Below, one piece after another: positions 1-9,143 of a stretch of 64,000 nucleotides of DNA; position 1 is the stretch's first letter, and every line of letters begins with the position of its first letter. Location of the stretch: contig JAJYTE010000004.1 in NCBI GenBank assembly GCA_021793215.1, forward strand, positions 46,923 to 110,922, in the 5' to 3' direction. Under the pieces are notes generated by a model that saw only the letters and a program-made list of their open reading frames with translations, was not told the DNA's origin and searched no databases. Made by a program: the position numbers and the translations under genes. The DNA is from Bacillota bacterium. Lineage in GTDB: Bacteria; Bacillota; Sulfobacillia; JAJZYS01; JAJYTV01.

Positions 1-664
1 GGGGTCGGGAGCCCGGCGCCGCCGGCCGGCCGGGCGTGGGCGCGGTTGGTTGCGCGCGCATCCCTGGTCCGCCCGCCGCTTGGCCGGGACTCGGCCTTCC
101 GGGAAGGGAGCCCACGCCCGGGCGAGGAGTGCCCGGTGGGCGCTTTTGCGGCAGCGTCCCGAGTCCGGGGCGCTGTGCGGCCGCCGGCCTGGGGGCGCCC
201 GCCGGTCGGGGCAGGGAGCCGATGCCCTGCGGGGCCGCGGAGTCCCTCGTCGGGGACGGGCCGGGACTCGAGGGGTCGCCAGACGCGGGTCTTGGTCCCT
301 CTCGATGCAGGCGCGGCGCCTTCTCCTCTGCGGACGGGTCCTCCATGTGACGATCTACGCGGCGCTTCGGTCCCGGCGCCGTTCCGCCGGTCGGGCTGCC
401 GCCGGACGCCCGGAGCGGGTCGGTCGGAGGCTGTTCGACCTTCGGCGGCGACTTCACGATCTCCGTGACGCGCTCCACGACGTCCGGTTCCAGCGTCGAC
501 ATGTGGTTGCGCACCTCTACGCCCAGCCGGCGAAGGAGGTCTATCAGTCGCTTGCTGTCCAGGTCGAGCACCTTCGCGAGTTCGTACACCCGCTGGCGAC
601 TCGCGCCGCTCGCGCTGGTCGCGCTGTGTTCGCTGCTCGCGTTGCTTTCGGTCAGTGCGATCAC
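1..664 (-). CDS. infB: Translation initiation factor IF-2, N-terminal part (runs off window start)
   Basis: Manual translation gives RQRVYELAKVLDLDSKRLIDLLRRLGVEVRNHMSTLEPDVVERV (IF2_N domain) followed by a Pro/Ala/Gly-rich linker; position after nusA-ylxR-L7Ae. Start uncertain (GTG 664 or CTG 655). Confidence 0.9.
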   Translation of the reverse strand, partial: MIALTESNASSEHSATSASGASRQRVYELAKVLDLDSKRLIDLLRRLGVEVRNHMSTLEPDVVERVTEIVKSPPKVEQPPTDPLRASGGSPTGGTAPGPKRRVDRHMEDPSAEEKAPRLHREGPRPASGDPSSPGPSPTRDSAAPQGIGSLPRPAGAPRPAAAQRPGLGTLPQKRPPGTPRPGVGSLPGRPSPGQAAGGPGMRAQPTAPTPGRPAAPGSRP

Positions 665-968
665 CCCCGGTAAGACTCTCAATCTTGTCGACGGCCTCCA
701 GCAGCTTGCGCGCGAGGCCTGGGTCACGGATTCCGACGACTCCCGTGGGGCCGCGCCCGATCGCATCGCCGAGCGCTTCCATCGTGCCAGCGCGGTGTAC
801 TGGGCCCGCCATCGTCTCGGCGGAGCGCAGCGCGCGGGGAGCTGCGTCCACCGCCACCAGGATCAGCGCCATCGGGCTCTTGCGCGCTTCGACGCGCACC
901 GCGTCGAGACCGAACACCAGCGCCTGGGCTCGACGCGCCAGGCCGATCAACTCGTAGAAGCGGCTCAC
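661..968 (-). CDS. ylxQ: L7Ae/YlxQ (RulQ) family RNA-binding protein; no in-frame stop as sequenced, so the lower boundary is approximate
   Basis: GTG at 968 overlaps the ylxR stop; translation MSRFYELIGLARRAQALVFGLDAVR...ALILVAVDA...TMEALGDAIGRGPTGVVGIRDPGLARKLLE fits L7Ae; conserved synteny. Confidence 0.8.
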
Positions 969-1234
969 GTGAGCGCCGCCAGTCGGGCGCTGAGCGCGGC
1001 GATCGCCTCATCGGGCAGGTTCGCCTCTAGCGCGCGACCGAGCCGCTGGTTCTTCAGCGCCTTCTCGAGGCAGGCGGGATCCGGGCAGATGTAGGCGCCA
1101 CGGCCGTTCGCTTTGCCCGTCGGGTCAAGGGCGACCTCGCCCTCCGGACTGCGGACGACCCGCATCAGCTCGCGTTTCGGGCGCTGCTGGTTGCAGCCTA
1201 GGCATAGGCGCATCGGCTGCTTGCGGCGCTGCAT
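965..1234 (-). CDS. ylxR: YlxR/RnpM (DUF448) nucleic-acid-binding protein
   Basis: PMRLCLGC...KRELMRVVR...GRGAYICPDPAC motif; downstream of nusA; start trimmed to ATG 1234. Confidence 0.93.
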   Translation of the reverse strand: MQRRKQPMRLCLGCNQQRPKRELMRVVRSPEGEVALDPTGKANGRGAYICPDPACLEKALKNQRLGRALEANLPDEAIAALSARLAALT

Positions 1235-1239
1235 TCCCG

Positions 1240-2268
1240 TCAGGCCCCTTCCGCCTTGATGTCGATCTTGTACCCCGTAAGCCGGGCGGCGAGGCGTGCG
1301 TTCTGCCCCTCCTTGCCGATCGCCAGAGACAACTGGTACTCCGGCACGATGACGCGGGCCGTGCGCGTCTCTTCCTCGATGGTGACCCGAGTCACCTTGG
1401 CCGGTGCGAGCGCGTTGGCGACGAACTCCTCCGGGTCTTGGGAGAACCGCACGATGTCGACCTTCTCGCCGCGCAGCTCGTTGCCGATCGCGTGCACCCG
1501 CGCGCCCTTCGGCCCGATGCATGCGCCCTGCGCGTCAACGCCGTCCACCCGAGCCCACACGGCGACCTTCGAGCGGGAACCCGGCTCCCTGGCGATCGCC
1601 TTGAGTTCCACGGAACCGTCGTGCAACTCCGGAACCTCAAGCTCGAACAGGCGTTTCAAGAGCGCCGGATGCGTGCGCGAGAGCATGACCTGCGGCCCCT
1701 TCGGGGTCCTCTTGACCTCCAGCACGTAGCAGCGCAGGCGCTGCCCTGGTACACAGTTCTCGCCGGGGATCTGCTCCGAGATCGGCAGCATCGCCTCCGC
1801 GCGACCCAGGTCGCAGACCGCGAAGCGCGCCTCGTTCCTGCTGACGACAGCGGAGACGACGTCCCCTTCGCGACTTTGGAACTCCTCATAGATGATGCCG
1901 CGCTCGGCTTCGCGGATCCGCTGCATGACGACCTGCTTCGCCGTCTGGGCGGCGATGCGGCCGAAGTCCCGCGGCGTGACCTCGCGCTCCTTGGTGTCAC
2001 CGAGCTCCACGCTCGGGTCGTCCGCCTTCGCGTCCACGAGGGTGATCTGGGACCGCGTGTCGGTCACCTCGTCGACCACGGTCAAGAGCGCGAAGACGCG
2101 GAACTCGCCGCTCTGGCGGTCCACCTCCACGCGCACGTTCTGCGCCGACCCGAAGTTGCGGCGATACGCGGAGATGAGCGCCGCTTCGATCGCCTCGAAA
2201 AGCACGGTGCGCTCGATGCCCTTTTCCCGGGCCACATCCTCGATCGCCCGGATGAATTCGCTCGTCAT
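1240..2268 (-). CDS. nusA: Transcription termination/antitermination factor NusA
   Basis: FGRIAAQTAKQV, S1 and KH domains, LSLAIGKEGQNARLAARLTGYKIDI. Confidence 0.98.
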   Translation of the reverse strand: MTSEFIRAIEDVAREKGIERTVLFEAIEAALISAYRRNFGSAQNVRVEVDRQSGEFRVFALLTVVDEVTDTRSQITLVDAKADDPSVELGDTKEREVTPRDFGRIAAQTAKQVVMQRIREAERGIIYEEFQSREGDVVSAVVSRNEARFAVCDLGRAEAMLPISEQIPGENCVPGQRLRCYVLEVKRTPKGPQVMLSRTHPALLKRLFELEVPELHDGSVELKAIAREPGSRSKVAVWARVDGVDAQGACIGPKGARVHAIGNELRGEKVDIVRFSQDPEEFVANALAPAKVTRVTIEEETRTARVIVPEYQLSLAIGKEGQNARLAARLTGYKIDIKAEGA

Positions 2269-2278
2269 CGTTCGCTCC

Positions 2279-2743
2279 CTAGTTCATCTTCGGGTCCAGA
2301 TGCAGGTCGAGCACATCCGCCCACTGAACCCATCGGTTCTCTCCGTCCTCGGGACGAAGCAGCATCGCATCAGCCGCGACGTCCGCGATCTCACCGCGAA
2401 AGTTCCGCTGCCCTTCGACCTCGGGTCGTAGGCGCAGTCGCACGGTCGATCCCAAAAAGCGCCGACAGTCGTCCAGGTTGCGCAGTACCCGATCGAGGCC
2501 GGGCGACTCGCACTCCAGCGTGTAGGAACCGGCGATCGGATCGCGCTCGTCGAGGAGGCCGGAGAGCCGACGGGAGACGCGCTCCAAGAGGTCGAACGCA
2601 ACGCCGTCTGGATGCTCCACCGTCACTCGTACAACGCTCCGACCGCGTCCGCCGACGAGCCGCAGATCCCAGAGCTCTGCACCTTCGAGGCGACACGCCT
2701 CGGCGGCGAGCTCCTGCAGCACGGCCTTCACCGAGTCTCCCAA
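2279..2743 (-). CDS. rimP: Ribosome maturation factor RimP
   Basis: LERVSRRLSGLLDERDPIAGSYTLECESPGLDR motif; TTG start after a GGGGG SD; upstream of nusA. Confidence 0.92.
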   Translation of the reverse strand: MGDSVKAVLQELAAEACRLEGAELWDLRLVGGRGRSVVRVTVEHPDGVAFDLLERVSRRLSGLLDERDPIAGSYTLECESPGLDRVLRNLDDCRRFLGSTVRLRLRPEVEGQRNFRGEIADVAADAMLLRPEDGENRWVQWADVLDLHLDPKMN

Positions 2744-2765
2744 CCGGCGACCCCCTAGGAAATCC

Positions 2766-2809
2766 TTGGCCGCACCGTACACGGCCAAAGGAGTGGGCGT
2801 CCCCACTCC
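2766..2809 (-). promoter_or_regulatory. rimP leader hairpins
   Basis: GGAGTGGG-gacg-CCCACTCC hairpin (2790-2809), the conserved Firmicutes rimP-leader motif, plus a second hairpin TTGGCCG-N9-CGGCCAA (2766-2788). Confidence 0.75.
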
Positions 2810-2836
2810 AGCGCACGATCCACGATCAGCGTCACC

Positions 2837-2865
2837 ACTATAGCACGGTTTGGGCGCCCATGCCA
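2837..2865 (-). promoter_or_regulatory. Sigma-A promoter of the rimP-nusA-infB operon
   Basis: TGGCAT-N17-TATAGT with extended -10 (TGc). Confidence 0.65.
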
Positions 2866-3097
2866 CCAGCAAGGCGCGGCCTACGCCGATCCGCGCGCTG
2901 CGACAGCGAGCAGGTGGGCGACGGCTCGCGGTCGGCATAACGCCGAAGGCCCACCACGGTGAAACCCGGTGGTGGCGGTGTCCCGACGCCGGAATCCGCC
3001 GGCCGAAGGGCGGGACAGCCTCTCTCGCCACGCAGGGCGCAGGAACCGGCGATCGGCCGAAGTTTCCGGCGGGAGCGGGCGTCAGCTGCCCATTGGC

Positions 3098-4345
3098 CTA
3101 GCCCGGGACCGGGCTGGCCCACTTCCCACGGCGGAAGATCGCGACCTCCTTGCCCTCGCGCGTCGTCGCGTCGATGTCGAGCTCAGCCGAGCCGATCATG
3201 AAGTCGACGTGCATGTGGCTCGCGTTGCCGCCCTTCGCGAGAAGGTCCTCGTCGGAGTGGACGTCGCGTCCGTCCGTGAGGCAGGTCGGGTACGCGGCAC
3301 CGATCGCGAGGTGGCAGGACGCGTTCTCGTCGAAGAGCGTGTTGTGGAAGAGGATGCCGGACTGCGAGATCGGCGAGTCCACCGGCACGAGCGCCACCTC
3401 GCCAAGGTAGCGTGAACCCTCGTCGGTCTCGATGACCTGGCGCAGCGCGTCCTCGCCCACTTCGGCGTGGAACTCTGCGATCCGTCCCGCCTCGAAGCGG
3501 AGCGCGATGCCGTCGATCTGCTGGCCCATGAACGAGAGGCTCTTCGTGCTGCGCACGGTGCCGTCGACGCCAGTGCGCAGGGGAAGGGTGAACGCCTCCT
3601 CCGTCGGGATGTTGGGCGCCGTGACGTAACCCAGACCGCGCTCTTGGCCTGCGGCGACCCACCGGTGCGTGCGCGGAAGCTCGATCCGAAGGTCCGTGCC
3701 GGGAGAACGGTAGTGCAAGCGCTCGATCGCCAGGTCATTCAGCCAGTTGCGACGCACCTGCAGGTTGCCCATATGGGACTGCCACGCCGCGACCGGGTCT
3801 GGCCCGTCGGCCCGGCTCGTCCGCACGATCGCCTCCCAAAGCTTCGCCTCCGCCTCCTGCGCCGGAAGGTCCGGGAACACGAGCTTGGCCCACTCGGGCG
3901 ACGGCGCCGCGACGATCGACCAAGGGACCTTGTGCGACATGGTCATCTCTCGGTACGGCTGCATCGCCTCTTGGGCGGCGCGCATCGCGAGCCCGATGCG
4001 GTCCGGCGCCACCCCCGCGAACGCATGCGGGTCGCCCCCGAAGATCGAGAGGAAGGCGGCTCCGCCCTCGGCCTCCCGGATGAAGGCGTCGGCGAGCCAC
4101 CGCGGGAAGGCTCTGAGGCCGTCCTCCGGCGCCGCCTCCAGTGTGATCCGATCGCAGGCCTCGTCCCTGAAGATGACGTGCACGCGCTTCGCGCCAGCGG
4201 CGTAGGCCGCGCGAGACACAGCCCGCACAGGGGCGGCATCCGCCGCCTCAGCATGCACGACGAGGTTCTGCCCTGGCCGCAGGTTCACGCCGACCTTCAC
4301 CGCTAGTTCCGCCAGGGGCCGGAACTGGTCCTCGCTGACCGCCAT
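3098..4345 (-). CDS. ampS: Aminopeptidase II, peptidase M29 (AmpS/AmpT)
   Basis: NIPTEEAFT, RYLGEVALVP, LFDENASCHLAIG, HVDFMIGS motifs; ATG 4345 after a GAAGGGAG SD. Confidence 0.93.
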   Translation of the reverse strand: MAVSEDQFRPLAELAVKVGVNLRPGQNLVVHAEAADAAPVRAVSRAAYAAGAKRVHVIFRDEACDRITLEAAPEDGLRAFPRWLADAFIREAEGGAAFLSIFGGDPHAFAGVAPDRIGLAMRAAQEAMQPYREMTMSHKVPWSIVAAPSPEWAKLVFPDLPAQEAEAKLWEAIVRTSRADGPDPVAAWQSHMGNLQVRRNWLNDLAIERLHYRSPGTDLRIELPRTHRWVAAGQERGLGYVTAPNIPTEEAFTLPLRTGVDGTVRSTKSLSFMGQQIDGIALRFEAGRIAEFHAEVGEDALRQVIETDEGSRYLGEVALVPVDSPISQSGILFHNTLFDENASCHLAIGAAYPTCLTDGRDVHSDEDLLAKGGNASHMHVDFMIGSAELDIDATTREGKEVAIFRRGKWASPVPG

Positions 4346-4470
4346 GCCGATGCTCCCTTCACATACAACAACGCGTCGCGCGCGAGTCGACTGGAGTTCC
4401 GACATCGCCACAGGGGCGTTCGCCGGACGCGTTCTCTCCACCTGTCGCGAACGGCAGCGGGGCCACCCGA

Positions 4471-7400
4471 TCAGAAGAGCGTCATCTGGTCCGTTTCCGG
4501 CAAGCCGCCGAGTGCGCCCAGTTCGCGCAGCGCCTCGATCACCGGCCGCGGCGCGTGTCCGCGCCCGCGCAGGTCCGCGACCGAGCTGAACGGACGCTCG
4601 CTGCGCGCCTGCAGGATCTGCCTCGCTCCGTTCGGTCCGAGTCCGGCGATCGCACCGATCGGCGGAGCGATCGTGCCGTCCCGCGTCACGAGGTACAGCC
4701 GCTCATCTCCCGTCTGCAGGTCGAACGGAGAGAACCGGATGCCGCGCAGCAGCATCTCCCGGACCACCTCCAGGATCGTCGCAACGCTCTTGTCGCGGGA
4801 CGAGGCCTGGGCGCGATCCTGCTCCGCCGAGCGGATGCGCCGCTCCATCTCCTCCGCCGAGAGCAGCGTGAGCGCGAGATCGAACTCGCTCGCGCGCACG
4901 CTCAGGTACGTGGCGTAGAACGCTGCGGGGTGATGGACCTTGAAGTAGGCGATGCGCACGGCCATCATCACGTAGGCCGCCGCGTGCGCCTTCGGGAACA
5001 TGTATCCGATCTTCTGGCATGAGCCGATGTACCAATCGGGTACGCCAGCGCGCCGCATCTCCGCCTCCTGCTCCGGCAGGAGGCCGCCGCCCTTGCGCAC
5101 GCGCTCCGTGATCTGGAACGCGCGACTCGGCGTCAATCCGTAGCCGATCAGGTTCAGCAGGATGTCCTCCCGGGTCGCGATCACCTCGCGTAGCGTCGCC
5201 GTGCCGGAGCGGATCAGTTCGTCCGCGTTGCGCGTCCAAACATCGGTGCCGTGGGAGAGTCCGGAGATGCGCACGAGGTCCGCGAAGCTCGATGGGCGGG
5301 TCGCCTCGAGCATCTGGCGCACAAAGCGCGTGCCGAACTCGGGCAGGCCGAACGAGCCGACCGAGCTTCCGAGCTCGTCCTTCGAGAGCCCGAGCGCCTC
5401 GCAGCTTGAGAACAGGGAGAGCGCCATGGGGTCATCGCAGGGCACCGACAGGGCCGCGATGCCCGTGTACTGCTCGAGCAGGCGAAGAACCGTTGGATCG
5501 TCGTGTCCCAGGAGGTCGAGCTTCAGAAGGCGCGAGGAGATCGCGTGGTAGTCGAAGTGCGTCGTGACGATGTTCGAGTCGGTGTCGTCGGCCGGGCGCT
5601 GCAGCGGCGTGAAGCGATGCACGTCGTCGTGGACGGGCACGACCATCACACCCCCCGGATGCTGGCCGGTCGTGCGCTTGACACCGGTGATTCCCCGCGC
5701 CAGCCGCTCGAGTTCCGGCGCGCGCACCGAACGACCCGCGTCCTCGACGTAGCCCTTCGCGAGCCCGAACGCGGTGCGTTCCGCCACGGTCGCGATCGTG
5801 CCCGCGCGGTAGACCTGCCCGCCCAAGAGTTCCTCGGTGAAGCGGTGGATCTGCGGCTGGTAGTCCCCGGAGAAGTTGAGGTCGATGTCGGGTACCTTGT
5901 CGCCGTCAAACCCCATGAACGTCTCGAAGGGGATGTCCTGCCCATCGCGCGCCATCTCGACGCCGCAGCCCTCGCAGGTGCGGCGCGGCAGGTCGAAGCC
6001 GGAGCCGGTCCCCTCTCCGAACTCGCAGCGCCGGCACTGCGGACAGCGCCAGTGCGGCGCGAGTGGGTTCACCTCGGTGATGCCGACCAGGTACGCGACG
6101 AGGGAGGAGCCCACAGAACCCCGCGAGCCCACGAGGTAGCCGTCGTCCAGCGAGCGGCGGGTCAGGAGCTGCGCGATGCGGTAGATGCTGGCGAACCCGT
6201 TGCCGATGACCGCCTGCAGCTCACGCTCGAGCCGCGAGGCGATCGCCTCGGGCAGCGGATCGCCGTAGAGTTCCGCCGCGCGCGAGCGCGCGGCGCGCTC
6301 CACCTCCTCGGCCGCCTGCGGCAGCTCTGGCGCGGAGAGTTCATCCGGCACGGGCTGCACCTCGCCGACGCTGGCGACGAGCGCGTCGGGGGCGTCGAAG
6401 ACGATGCGCTCCGCGCGCTCCGCGCCGAGCCAGGAGAACTCGCGCAGCATCTCCGCCGCGCTGCGCAGGTGGACGGGCCGTTCGGCCTCCCCCGGCGCCT
6501 CGCGCCCCGCGCCGCGCAGTACGATGCGGCGCAGTTCCTGCTCCTCGGGCTCGAGGTAGTGCGCATCACCTACGGCGACGACCGGGATCCCGTGCTCCTG
6601 GGCGATCTCGAGCACCTGCTCCGCGTAGCGGCGCACTTCGTCCTCGCTGAACAGGTATCCCTCCGCACGCGCGTTCGGGAACGTGACGGAGGGGGGCTGA
6701 AGTTCGACGTAGTCGTAGTGCTGAATCATCTCGCGGAGCTCGGCCGGCGTCGCGCCCCGCAGGAAGGCTCGCCAGATCTCGCCCTGCAGGCAGCCGGCGG
6801 CGCCCAGCAGGGCACCGCCGCGCAGCGCCTGCACCTGACCCTCCAGAAGGCGCGGCACGCGGTGGAACTGGCGCAGATGGGCGTCTGTGACGGCGCGGTA
6901 CAGTTCGCGCAGCCCGTCCTGCGTTCGGACGAGCAGCGTCGCGTGGTAGGGTCGGCGCAGGTGCAGGGGCACCTCCGCGCCGAGGGCGACCAGTCCCGCG
7001 ATGTCGTGCGCGCCGCGCGAGCGCGCCTCGGCGAAGAGGCGCACGGCGATCCGGCCGGCAATCTCCGCGTCCGCCCCTGCGCGGTGGTGGGAGAAGTCTC
7101 CGAGTTCGAAGCGCTGGGCAAGGTCCTGCAGACGGTGGCTCCGCAGCGTCGGCACGAGCGCGCGTGAGAGCTCAAGCGTATCGATCACGCAGGGCTGCCA
7201 GAGGACCCCGCAGTGCGCGAGCGCCGTGCGCAGGTACCCCTCGTCGAAGCCGGCGTTGTGCGCGACTACCGGAAGTTCCCCGAGGAAGGCGGTGACCTCT
7301 GGAACGACGTCCTCGAAGGGACGCGCGCCGGCGAGGTCCTGCGGGCTCAGGCCCGTGATCTCCACGGTGCGCTGCGAGACCTGCCCCTTGGGACGAACGA

Positions 7401-8451
7401 GGGTGACGTACTCCTCGGCGGGTGCGCCGCCGCGGAAGCGCACCAGCGCGATCTCGATGATCTCCCCGCTCTGCGGCGAGAGCGACGTCGTCTCGACGTC
7501 GAGCGCGACGAAGTCCTCAGGCAGGTCCCCCGGTCCGGGTCGGATCACGGTGCGCGGGGTGTCCGGCACAACGTAGGCCTCGAGGCCGTAGAGGAGACGC
7601 ACCTTCGAGCGACGCGCGAGGTCCTGGGCCTCCGGGTAGGCCTGCAGGACACCGTGGTCGGTGACAGCGATCGCAGGCATCGCGAAGCGCTCCGCCGTCT
7701 CGACGGCGCGGGAGAGTTCGATCAGCCCGTCCATCTGCGACATCCGCGTGTGCAGGTGCAGTTCGGACCTGCCGCGCGGCGCCTCCTCGCCGCGCTTTCC
7801 CGCGCGCGCGATCTGCATCACGTCACGCGCCCAAACGATCGGCTCTCCGGAGCGTTCGTCGCTGCCCACGTTGCCTCGCAGCCTCACCCACATCCCGCTC
7901 GCGAACTCCACGCCGATCCGCGAGTTGCCGTCGAGCAGGAGCTTGGCGACGAGCCCGTCGTCGTGGTCCGACAGGGCGAGCGTCAGGATCTGTCCCCCGC
8001 CGCGCCGCGGGCGCGCGTCGACCGAGACGATCTCGGCCTCGACGACGACCCGGCTCAGGTCGATCGAGACCTCGCGCAGCGGCGTGGGCGCACCGGTGAA
8101 GGACTTGCCGAACACGAGACGCGCGGATGGGCGAGGTGGCGCCGACTGGGCAGCTGTCGGCGGCGGGGGCGCCGCGAGTTCCTGCGCTTCGACGGCTCTC
8201 GCCTCGATCCGAAGCGGAGCTCCCCACTGCCGCGAGAGTTCCTCCTCGAGGCGCTCTCGCACTGCGGCGTCCTGCAGGCGGGCGATGCCGAGCGCCTCGC
8301 CTGCCGTGGGCACCTCCACGAGGGCCTCCGCGCCGCGTAGTTCGACCTTCGCCCCGAGCAGCCAGCCGCGCAGCGTCACGGGTGCGGCCAGTTCGACCGC
8401 ACTGCGCCAGACCGCGGCGAAGTCCGCCTGCGGCGCGTTCTGTCTATCCGT
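4471..8451 (-). CDS. polC: DNA polymerase III PolC-type (start uncertain: ACG 8451 or GTG 8379)
   Basis: OB fold, PHP (ELHLHTRMSQMDG), embedded DEDDh exonuclease (DVETT), Zn finger (CPQC...CEGC), GSRGSVGSS, KVPDIDLNFSG, YMFPKAHAAAY. Confidence 0.97.
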   Translation of the reverse strand, partial: TDRQNAPQADFAAVWRSAVELAAPVTLRGWLLGAKVELRGAEALVEVPTAGEALGIARLQDAAVRERLEEELSRQWGAPLRIEARAVEAQELAAPPPPTAAQSAPPRPSARLVFGKSFTGAPTPLREVSIDLSRVVVEAEIVSVDARPRRGGGQILTLALSDHDDGLVAKLLLDGNSRIGVEFASGMWVRLRGNVGSDERSGEPIVWARDVMQIARAGKRGEEAPRGRSELHLHTRMSQMDGLIELSRAVETAERFAMPAIAVTDHGVLQAYPEAQDLARRSKVRLLYGLEAYVVPDTPRTVIRPGPGDLPEDFVALDVETTSLSPQSGEIIEIALVRFRGGAPAEEYVTLVRPKGQVSQRTVEITGLSPQDLAGARPFEDVVPEVTAFLGELPVVAHNAGFDEGYLRTALAHCGVLWQPCVIDTLELSRALVPTLRSHRLQDLAQRFELGDFSHHRAGADAEIAGRIAVRLFAEARSRGAHDIAGLVALGAEVPLHLRRPYHATLLVRTQDGLRELYRAVTDAHLRQFHRVPRLLEGQVQALRGGALLGAAGCLQGEIWRAFLRGATPAELREMIQHYDYVELQPPSVTFPNARAEGYLFSEDEVRRYAEQVLEIAQEHGIPVVAVGDAHYLEPEEQELRRIVLRGAGREAPGEAERPVHLRSAAEMLREFSWLGAERAERIVFDAPDALVASVGEVQPVPDELSAPELPQAAEEVERAARSRAAELYGDPLPEAIASRLERELQAVIGNGFASIYRIAQLLTRRSLDDGYLVGSRGSVGSSLVAYLVGITEVNPLAPHWRCPQCRRCEFGEGTGSGFDLPRRTCEGCGVEMARDGQDIPFETFMGFDGDKVPDIDLNFSGDYQPQIHRFTEELLGGQVYRAGTIATVAERTAFGLAKGYVEDAGRSVRAPELERLARGITGVKRTTGQHPGGVMVVPVHDDVHRFTPLQRPADDTDSNIVTTHFDYHAISSRLLKLDLLGHDDPTVLRLLEQYTGIAALSVPCDDPMALSLFSSCEALGLSKDELGSSVGSFGLPEFGTRFVRQMLEATRPSSFADLVRISGLSHGTDVWTRNADELIRSGTATLREVIATREDILLNLIGYGLTPSRAFQITERVRKGGGLLPEQEAEMRRAGVPDWYIGSCQKIGYMFPKAHAAAYVMMAVRIAYFKVHHPAAFYATYLSVRASEFDLALTLLSAEEMERRIRSAEQDRAQASSRDKSVATILEVVREMLLRGIRFSPFDLQTGDERLYLVTRDGTIAPPIGAIAGLGPNGARQILQARSERPFSSVADLRGRGHAPRPVIEALRELGALGGLPETDQMTLF

Positions 8452-8466
8452 GGCAAGCCCTCCGCT

Positions 8467-9132
8467 TCAGTCGCGAACCTTGTCCTTCGGCAGGTACTTG
8501 ACGATCTCCCAGTACATCTTCATGCGCGCGGCGAAGCCCTTGATCAGGCCGCGCTTCTCTTCCTTCATCCGGTGCGTCAGGTCGGCGAGCACGACCTCGC
8601 AGACGCTGCCGTGGTTGCGCCGCATGTAGCGCGTCAGCGCGACCTCGACGCCGTAGCCCGACTCGGTGATGTCGTCGAGGCTTGAGAGGACGCTGCGGTG
8701 CACGGCCCGCTGTCCGGAGAGAAAGGGGGCGATGGCCTGCGCGAAGTCGGTGGACGTGCGTCCACCCTCGAAGACGCCGATCGACATCTGCGAGGCGCCG
8801 TCGAGCACCGGACGCAGCATCGAATCGACGTGTTCCGGCCGCAGTCCGATCAGGTCCGCATCGAGGAAGAGCACGATCTCGGCGGACGTGGAACTGATCC
8901 CCGCGTGCATCGCGGCACCCTTGCCGACGTTCTCCGGCAGTTCCACGACGCGCGCACCGCAGGAACGCGCCACCTCCGCGGTGCGGTCGGTGGAGCCGTC
9001 GGAGACGACGACCACCTCGTCGACCTGCGGATGCCCTACGAGCACCGTGCAGACCTCGCCGATCGTCTCTTCCTCGTTGTAGGCCGGAACGACCACCACG
9101 ACACTGGGCTCTTTCACGTCCAAGTTCTCCAT
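8467..9132 (-). CDS. Glycosyltransferase family 2
   Basis: VVVPAYNEEETI, VVSDGSTD, GKGAA, LFLDADL motifs. Confidence 0.88.
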   Translation of the reverse strand: MENLDVKEPSVVVVVPAYNEEETIGEVCTVLVGHPQVDEVVVVSDGSTDRTAEVARSCGARVVELPENVGKGAAMHAGISSTSAEIVLFLDADLIGLRPEHVDSMLRPVLDGASQMSIGVFEGGRTSTDFAQAIAPFLSGQRAVHRSVLSSLDDITESGYGVEVALTRYMRRNHGSVCEVVLADLTHRMKEEKRGLIKGFAARMKMYWEIVKYLPKDKVRD

Positions 9133-9143
9133 CCGCCCCGGGA

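Noticed and set aside
2870-3097. Possible ncRNA or N-terminal extension of RimP
   Set aside because: The promoter and leader at 2766-2865 define the rimP 5' end; the upstream GC-rich stretch shows only generic hairpins.
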